Program-made: the position numbers and the translations under genes | Assembly (NCBI GenBank): GCA_012295275.1 | Contig: CM022673.1 | Coordinates: forward strand, 22,258,001 to 22,322,000 | Direction of reading: 5' to 3' | Origin: Chrysomallon squamiferum | Lineage: Eukaryota > Animalia > Mollusca | Length of the DNA: 64,000 nt | Shown here: piece after piece, positions 55,128-64,000 of the stretch | How the letters are laid out: each line of letters starts with the position of its first letter | How positions within the stretch are numbered: the first letter of the stretch is position 1 | Notes under the pieces: model-generated | Databases searched by the model: none | Seen by the model: only the letters and a program-made list of their open reading frames with translations | Told to the model about the DNA's origin: nothing

Positions 55128-56128
55128 TTATTTTTTATTTTTTTTATGTTTGTTTCAGAAAGATATAAATATTTTCAGCTGTCCTTTATTTTACTCTATT
55201 TTATTTATTTGTTTGTTTATTTTTATTTCTGTTTTTAACTTTCATTTATTTATTTTTTGTATTTTTTCTTTATTAAATGTATGTCATAACGTATATTTGA
55301 AATTTGTAATCTTTGTTTTCTAACATCTGTTATTTTTTCACTACGAAAATTATTATGAAATTAAAAAAATGGATAAAAAAGTAATTAAAATAAAATATAC
55401 CAAAAGTATTTCTATTTTTATTTATTCATTAATATTCCTAGTCATCATTATCAAATTATAACAATTATTATTATTATTATTATTTTTACTTTATTAAATT
55501 AATTCAGTACTAATGAAAATCAGTAGCGTATAGTGAATCAGCAGATTTATTTCATTATTAAACTACTTACTTCTTCTAAATCTTTATTCGTTTTAATTGT
55601 GTATAATGTAGTTAACTTATTAACTGACAATTGCTTATTTTCAGTTTCTGTAAATAGAAAAAGAAAGAAAGAAAGAATGATATATTTTAATAACCTTTAA
55701 TTTTCATATTTTTCGATCCCCTAAGTCATTTTTATTTAGTTTTCCAAATGTTACACAACATTAGTTTCCCTTAACTCTTCAGTGAGTTTTATTTTCAGGC
55801 TATTAATGATGTGATTTACAGAGCACGCAGTGGTACAGTTAACGGTGACACGCTTTTCACTAGCGTCTAATGAGCATCTGAAATTAACTGTCAGTGTTAA
55901 TCTTTGTCTAGAACACACATGACAAAGGTCTCAGATTCAATTTCTTTTTTCTCAGCTGTCCAGTTAACACATTGCTATTATTATACACAAAACGTATAAA
56001 CCATTTTTATCCAATATGGCATTTATATTTTACAAGACAAGAATATTTCAAGGAATAATGTTTGTTGTTTTTTTCTTCTGCTGTTAATGTGCACTTCCGG
56101 ATTACTTTGCATTTTCAATTCTTGATCG

Positions 56129-56132
<4 letters not shown>

Positions 56133-56215
<83 letters not shown>
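56133..56215. repeat. (CT)n microsatellite
   Basis: Direct reading. Confidence 0.97.
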
Positions 56216-56219
<4 letters not shown>

Positions 56220-59200
56220 GTATGGCTGGATGGATGGATATATGTAGGTATGTATGTATGTTTGTATATATGTGTGTATGAATGTTTTTAGATGGATGTT
56301 TTGCAGATACGTTTGTATGCATGTCTTGCTCGTGCATGTTTGCAATCATGTTTATATGTAGACTGTAACTAATAAATACAGAAGTGGGTTCTGTAACATA
56401 ATTATATAATCTGTGTTAATGATACACATGCTCAGCTATACTTAATATTATTTGCAAGACCTCCAAGTGTTTGATCTCATTGATTACAAATAACTAACGT
56501 ATCCATCTTGCATATAATATACTGTCACTGCACATTGTACAGATAGGTGTGTTGCATCGTCGGAAGTAGGGGCGGACAGGGGTCACTGCCCCATACATCT
56601 CTGTAACTGATAAGATTTGAAAGGAGGTTATTTCCATCACAGCTTGTTTTACCTGCTGTACTGTGGACTGTTGTATTAAAACTTCTGTTTAAAATATTAA
56701 CTCATTTTTGACAACAGATATTTGAACATTTTCATAAATGAAATATTTTAAATTATTATTAAGCTGATAAATAACTTCATAGTTATAAGTGACCAGTAGT
56801 GAGTGACGAAAATAAAATAAATTAAATGTGATCTTTCATATGTGTATTTAATCTGATATTAGGCAAATTTCAGATCAACTGTTATTCGAATTGATATCTT
56901 TGAATCTGAATGGTTTAATTTTTAATTTTTTTTTTTTTGATTGATGAAGTTAAAGTAGAATCTGTTTATTAAAAATGTTGTTAAGTTTAAGATAAAACAC
57001 CAAGTCATATTTGTCAGCAACTGAGCAAGTTCGCTCTCATTAACTTTTGAAATAAACTGTATTCTAAGAAAAACTGTTACCAGTTAATCTAGTTTTCAAC
57101 ACAGCGTACCAAACCTATGAAAAATATACAAAAACTATTTACTTTGGTAATTAATAAACGATGAATAGATTCTTTTGCAGAATGCAAAGCACGTCTTACC
57201 AGCATTTATTTGTTAGTGTAGGTATTATTAGAAATTATAGCTGTCTGATATTAAACAGTCAGATATAAAAGCGGATTCGAAAGGGTTCGAAATAAACATT
57301 AACAGAAACAATAACAGTTCGTAACAAAAACTCTAAAAATTGCGTTATAACCTACAATTTAATAGTTGGTCCCATGAATAGGTGCACGTTTGTGTAAATG
57401 CTTGCGTGTAGTGTGTATTGTCTGTGTGGTATATTTATTTATTTATTTATTATATTTGAATCTGATTATCGTTAGACCTGAAAACAAATCCTATTCCTGT
57501 GTTTTTCTTAATAGTTTTAGTTTTCTTCTTTTTAGTATTATATGTTTTCTACTGGGGTTTTATTTTGGTTTTTTTTTTGGTTTTTTTTTCTACGCACATC
57601 ATTAAGGCTTAACAAGGTCGGTGCAAGTCAACAAACATTGTCATTTGTTTTGGATTTTCTCGGCACACAAAAAGGTTATGTGGGGAATTTCGACACAAAC
57701 AAATTTAGGGTTCAAACGAGTACAGGACAATCTAGAAAATGTGTGGTCCACTAACGGTGAACTAACGAGTAATCAGTTTTGGAAACAGATAATTATGAAC
57801 CGTTAAGTATGAAAAGTCACACACACCCAGGGCGTTTTCTTATTTGACATAAACAGTCGGTACGTTTTCCATGATAATTAAAATGTAATTAAATAATTGC
57901 AAATTATCTAAACGTTACGCAATGCTGTGCGAACAACTAAAGAAATATTTCTATAAACTTCACTCTGTGAAGTGTCTAAGTATCACAAGTTCTTGTATTA
58001 TTGCCACAAGTAAGTTACTTGGCATTTTTAGTTCGTTTGCTAAGTTAAAGTTTGACAGTGGAACAAAACACGATGTGAAGTATTCACCGGTTAATTTCTC
58101 AGTCAAATAATTTACAGTTTGCAATCATTTATTTTTACTGCAGGCTGCTTATTCCTGTTAGAAAGTAGATTAACTCTTTCGTTTCCAAATAACCCAGATT
58201 AGTGGGTATATACATCGTTAAAGTTACAACATACATAAACAGAAGCACACAAAATTAAAATTAGATAACTACTCACCTATATTCATATATAACTGCACAG
58301 TGTCGTCCCATTTGGTACAATTCACAAATAGACTAAACGCCAGTTACACTACTCTACTATCTGTGAAGTTAATCGGTCACCTCTTGAAGATGCAGTGATC
58401 TGAACTAATGAATCTTCTAAAAGGTTGAAAAATGTTGTTGTTTTTTGTATGGTGTTGTGATTCTGTTAGAAAACTCACTCAAGCTGTGAATATTACCATC
58501 TTTTATTCCAGTTAGCATTTCTTTTTAAATTATTGTTAAGTTTTGATACACAGTCTCTTTTTATACAACATGTTCTTCTTATTATCTCTGCATCATTCAG
58601 TATCAGTGCTCTTCGTTCTTCATTTTGTCAAGTGTCGTTTTATTGGTTTATTCCCGATTCTGGCAGTGAGATTATAACACATCTTAATTGGACACGCCAG
58701 TTGTTCCATTTCTGGCATTTTATTGCTCACCCTTATTAATTGGTGTTCCGTCACCTTAATTGATGCTCTTTTGTTAAACAGTATTTTGTCCACAATTTGA
58801 AAGCACATTCAGTCACACTTTACACACAAAATGTTCCAGAAAGCTCTCCACCGCAAGCTGACAAGTAGGAAGCCGTGTCCCGGGTACACGTGACGTACTC
58901 CAAACCAAGCTGGATGAGTTTGTGCTTGTCTTCTGCTAGTATTTCCTGTCTCCAAATTTTACTGAGATATAACATTAATTTTCTTGCAATCTCTATTCCG
59001 GCTCACCTCTGCTCTTCACTGTTCATTAAGGTTAATCTCGTTAATCGCCCCATCTGTTCTTCACACATCTCGTTATCCCCATGCGTCTAAATTGGCCTTA
59101 ACTGCTCACGCCAGTTTTCCCATTTCTGGAAGCGGATTAGAACACCTCACCGCTTACGTAATCTGGAGATTGCCAGTTTTGGGAACATACCGTTTTATTG

Positions 59201-60014
59201 TGTGAATGCAAAGTCTGTGATGCAAAAACAATTATCTTATCTTAAAAAAAACATTTTTAATTGGAAACCTTATTATTTAATTATATAAATAATTGGTTTC
59301 AAACTAATCTGGAGCAGTTCATTATAATGACATGCATATCAGTAAGACTACTGAACCATACCTGTGTTGTTTTAGGAAAAAAATGTAACCAATTACATTT
59401 GAAGTGAAAATAACACCAATACGATTTATTTGCAAATCTCCATTAATCCACCGTTTAACGCACCCTGAGATAATAATCATCGCATTTCTGGGGATATTTC
59501 CAAAAGACAAATCACTCCCGAAACACACATTTCTCGAGATACGTTACGTTCGAGTTTCTGTGATGGCATGTTCTCCGCGCTGCTTAACTCAAATGAGTAT
59601 TTGATAGCTTGACAAAGGGATTATTAACAACTCACGTTTCACGTTATTAACGGATTATTGTCAGTATGTGCGGACACGTGTAACGAATTAACTTAAAGAA
59701 GTTGGAATAATGAATGGCACTTGTCTGTTATTATTTTCACGCAATATGTCAGTCTGAATAGGTAAATGAAGTTAAAAATACATAACTCATAGATGTCATT
59801 ATTTACCGTAATATGGTACGTGAAAGCAAGTCACTCTGAAATGAGTTCTTCCAAGAGACGCTAGAGAGCTGTGCGACACAGAACAGTTCAAATATTTAGC
59901 ACAAAGAAAGAAAGAAGAGAAAAAGGCAGAAACGAAAATAACAGAATAAAGTAAAAATTAAAATAAATTACAACTGAATAAATAAAATGGACTACAAATA
60001 GAGAGAAAATATTT

Positions 60015-60087
60015 AAAAAAAGAAAAACTTAAGATAGATGGGAAGATATTAAATATCTTCCCATCTATCTTAAGTTTTTCTTTTTTT
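60015..60087. repeat. Perfect inverted repeat, 36-bp arms, 1-nt spacer
   Basis: aaaaaaagaaaaacttaagatagatgggaagatatt-a-aatatcttcccatctatcttaagtttttcttttttt. Confidence 0.97.
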
Positions 60088-61642
60088 GGACAAAGGTAAT
60101 TTTGAAAAGAAATAATAAAATATATGACTGAATAAAAATATTAAAGAATATGAAAAACAGCCAGAAAGAAAAGACAGTAAGAATTTAATATTTTCTGCTA
60201 CATGGAAATATATAATTTTTCTTTAACAAATAAATAATACTTCACTAAAAATGTGAAATCTTGTTTCCGGACAATGGTTTTGGAATCAGTGCTACCAGTA
60301 ACTGGTAAAAGAACATGAATATTCATGAACTCATTTCCATTTATTTACTAATCCAGGTAAGCTGTGGTTCGTGCACTGAATAATCATTAGCATACGCGGT
60401 GTGAAAATTATTACCATCTTTATCTCAAATTGATAGTGTAAATACAGACATACTGAAAGATGTTTGGAGGTTCTAGTATCTCAGTGTGAAAAGCGTGAAC
60501 AAATTTTTATTTATTATTATTTTTTTTATCTATTTATTTTTTTTATTTTTTTTATTTGTATTTTTTAATTTTTTTGTTGTAATTATTACTTATTATTCTT
60601 TCATTTCTATCGTTATTTATTTTCCGTATTTTGTTTGCTTATAACAGTTCAAATAATTTTTAAAAAATACTCTTAATTATTTTAAATTTATCTTTTTTAT
60701 ATCTGAAAAGATTCAAGTCCTTGGTCACCGTCAGTTAGACAGAAAAATATATTTTAAAAATCACTATAGATTACATTAAGAAATTAACTGCAATTTAAAA
60801 ACATATATAAATAGACAAGTTATATATAAATAACAGTAAGTCTACATGATATATAAAGCATTTGTGAGAAAATTGTTTATTCGTGTGATAAATACCACAC
60901 TATCCACTGAAAGTTCAGTAAATATTGTTGTGGACTTTATTCAGAAATAATTTTAAACTAATATCTCTGAAACATAATACACTAGATATTTTAACTTTAT
61001 TATTATATTGTTGTTTGAAATCATGGTAACCAAATTATTGAAATAGAATCTGTCTGTCTCTGCGTGCATATATGTGTATGTGTGTATACATACATACATA
61101 CATACATTCATACATACATACATACATACATATGCACACACACAGACAAACATACTCACAAACCCACACATTTATAGTTTATGCGCGATTAAAGGTTTGA
61201 AAATGATGTAATGAAAGAACGAATTAATAAAGAGAAAATTATTTCATACAGTTAGCGGTTTCTAGCCGCCGACAGATAAAACTGATTAGCCGAGTAATAA
61301 ATTTTTACGACAATGTCTCATTAATGATATAACAGATTATTAATAAAACAGCACATAGCTAACACACAGTGATCGTTAAACTGAACGTTTAATGTGGAAA
61401 GTTATTACCAGGCGTGCTGTTGTTAAACATCGTAATGAAGTAGGATCAATTAGTATATAATTAAATAACAAAAAACACAGAGAGGTACTTAATATCTATT
61501 ACAATTTTACACAGTTAATTTATTCAGTTATTAAGAACTCTAGGTAATAGGGGAAATACGGTTTCCATCGCTGGTGAAATTTAAAGAATAAAAAGTAATA
61601 AATAAAATATTAATTTGATGCTGACAACATGCAATATTAATA

Positions 61643-61645
61643 TAG

Positions 61646-61738
<93 letters not shown>

Positions 61739-61817
61739 GAGAGACAGACATAGAGAGAGACAGACAGACAGTCAGACAGAGAGACAGACAGACAGACAGA
61801 GAGAGAAAGAGAGAGAT

Positions 61818-61905
<88 letters not shown>
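61643..61905. repeat. Compound (AG)n/(AGAC)n microsatellite
   Basis: Direct reading. Confidence 0.97.
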
Positions 61906-61906
<1 letters not shown>

Positions 61907-62525
61907 AAACAAAAAATCTTATGAAGACAGATATAAGCATATATAAATATAAAGTCGTGCACACAAATAAAAACTCATTCACACAAACAAAACACTAACG
62001 CATACATACACAATTATGTCTCGTGTTAAAAAGAAATAACTTTTCTATCATTAAAATAAAAACTTCAATTATTACTCTCCACAAAAACAAAACATTCTAT
62101 TTTTTAATTTTGTTTAGCAAAAATAAAAAACAGAGGATAAAAAAAAGAAAACAAAAAGAAATGAAATTAACATTCCAAACCATTTCATGAAAAACCATAC
62201 AACAATATTTAAAGAGAAAACAAATGTAACTCATTAACGTAAAAACACCTTGCTGCACTGATGATACAAACTTGTTCTAATTGTTTTCCCATTTAATACA
62301 AACTGACGGACGTAATGTGAGAGAAAAAAACTCCTTGTTCAGTATCAATAATGCAAACATTGTTAACATGTCGTAATTATTTCGTCCACCGTGCGATAAA
62401 ACAAGCTTCTTCACGGGTTTTAGATGGGCCTCGGACGCCGTAATCAATAGAACTAACGACAAATTTACATCTTTCTTCCAAATCGATAATGCTGTTCATT
62501 ATCTTTCATAAAAAGAAATAATAAA

Positions 62526-62529
<4 letters not shown>

Positions 62530-62600
<71 letters not shown>
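62530..62600. repeat. (CT)n microsatellite
   Basis: Direct reading. Confidence 0.97.
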
Positions 62601-62601
<1 letters not shown>

Positions 62602-62879
62602 ACATTAGATATTCTGCAATATTTAATTGATAAAACATTTATGTGTAATTACCAAACTGAATACAATTTTATTATATTTTATCACATAAGTTTTCTGAAA
62701 AGCTAAAACTTAGAACTCCTTTACAAAATCAAAACAACATGAATTTATTTAGTCTTTGTTTGATTTTAGTATTTTTATTTTGCTGACGAATTTTTTTCCC
62801 ATCTATTTCCAGTTTATTAACTATAATCATATTATGTTATTTATTAATCATGACAATCCACTGCTGACCTCACTGACCA

Positions 62880-62905
62880 GTCACGTGACCATCTGTCTGG
62901 CCAAT
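62880..62905. promoter_or_regulatory. GTCACGTGAC (USF/MiT-TFE CLEAR-type) plus CCAAT
   Basis: Perfect 10-bp palindrome at 62880-62889, CCAAT at 62901-62905. Confidence 0.45.
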
Positions 62906-63749
62906 ATTTTAATTCATTATGTGACCGCAAGAGAAAACAACAGAATAATTCACGTTGATGTAGCGAATTAACGGTGCTGCAAGCCATTTTGTCTCGTCCG
63001 TTCAACATGATTAATATTTGAAAGAAAATTATTGATTTTTCTGAGTATTTCTGTGTTGATTTGCAGCTGACAAGGGCGCGCTTGGGTCACAGACAGTGTA
63101 CATTTCGCAGTGAGAGCACGCAAAAACTTACACACAGGAAATTTACAATGGCGGTGTTCTGTACGCAATTTTTATGTTACAGTTAATATACCGGTTTTAA
63201 TTATCGTGTTTTTAAAAAAATGTTATTAAATCTGCTACATTGCGTCTTTTTAAATTAAAATTATTTTACTTTTATGTTTTGTTTCATTAAATGTTTTTTT
63301 TTTCTTTCTGTTATATCATTTTATTTTATTTTTAATTATTTAATTATTATTTTTATTTATTTTATTTAATATTTATTTCACTTTTCAGTATTATTTTATT
63401 AAATTTTTTATTTTTATTTTATTATTTTAAATTGTTATTTTTACACTATTATTATAAATTATATATATATCATCAGTTTAAATAGCAAAAAAAAAAAAAA
63501 AACAAAAAGTAACAAATTAAATAAATACTTCATTAAACATTTTATAAAACATAAAATGCATACCTTGTTGTATTTATTTATTTGTTTATTTGCTTATTTC
63601 TCTTCTTTTTGTTGTTTGTTTGTTTGTTTGTTTTTATTGATTTAATTACTACGTTAAAAATTATATATCGTTAGCATTATTATTTTTGACAATAACTCTT
63701 TAATTTTTGGCTTCTCCAAAAATACAATTTGAAAACAAGTATTATTGTT

Positions 63750-63810
<61 letters not shown>

Positions 63811-64000
63811 TATTTATTTATTTATTTATTTTATTATTAAAAATTAAATTAAGAATTTCACTGAGAAAATAATTAAACAATGCATGGACGAACAGACAGA
63901 AAATAAATGTTACACTGGAATCAGGAATATTGAAATTAAATCCATCATCAATTATTCTACTTGTTTTACAAATTTCTTGTCAAACAGACGCCAGGAATCT

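Noticed and set aside
54565-56600. Harbinger-like terminal fragments (gatccgccactg at 54576-54587; GC-rich 56554-56595)
   Set aside because: No matching partner TIR or TSD could be identified

Overview
AT-rich, microsatellite-dense animal genomic DNA. It looks like an invertebrate, possibly a mollusc, but the taxon cannot be established from sequence alone. Almost all ORFs in the supplied track are microsatellite artefacts. The one clear gene is a minus-strand, multi-exon Polycomb group RING finger gene of the BMI1/PCGF2-4/Psc family. I assembled it by hand from 9 GT-AG, phase-consistent coding exons (45038 to 22904, 468 aa), plus a likely upstream coding exon (49062-48970) that adds 32 aa. 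The window also holds several non-autonomous DNA transposons (Tc1/mariner deletion derivative, pogo/Tigger-like, Sola-like, two hAT MITEs, a MULE transposase fragment), minisatellites, a perfect 36-bp-arm palindrome and several CpG-rich islands with transcription-factor motifs. I found no multi-gene novel system. The best leads are: (i) both residues of the BMI1 K73-D77 autoinhibitory pair are replaced; (ii) a 250-aa acidic tail carries SUMO consensus sites, a SIM/WDR5-like motif and a CtBP-like PLDYS motif; (iii) an N-terminal extension exon with uORFs; (iv) perfect nuclear-receptor DR2/DR5, Pbx-Hox and Pbx-Meis sites, and many CACGTGA E-boxes, around this Polycomb gene.
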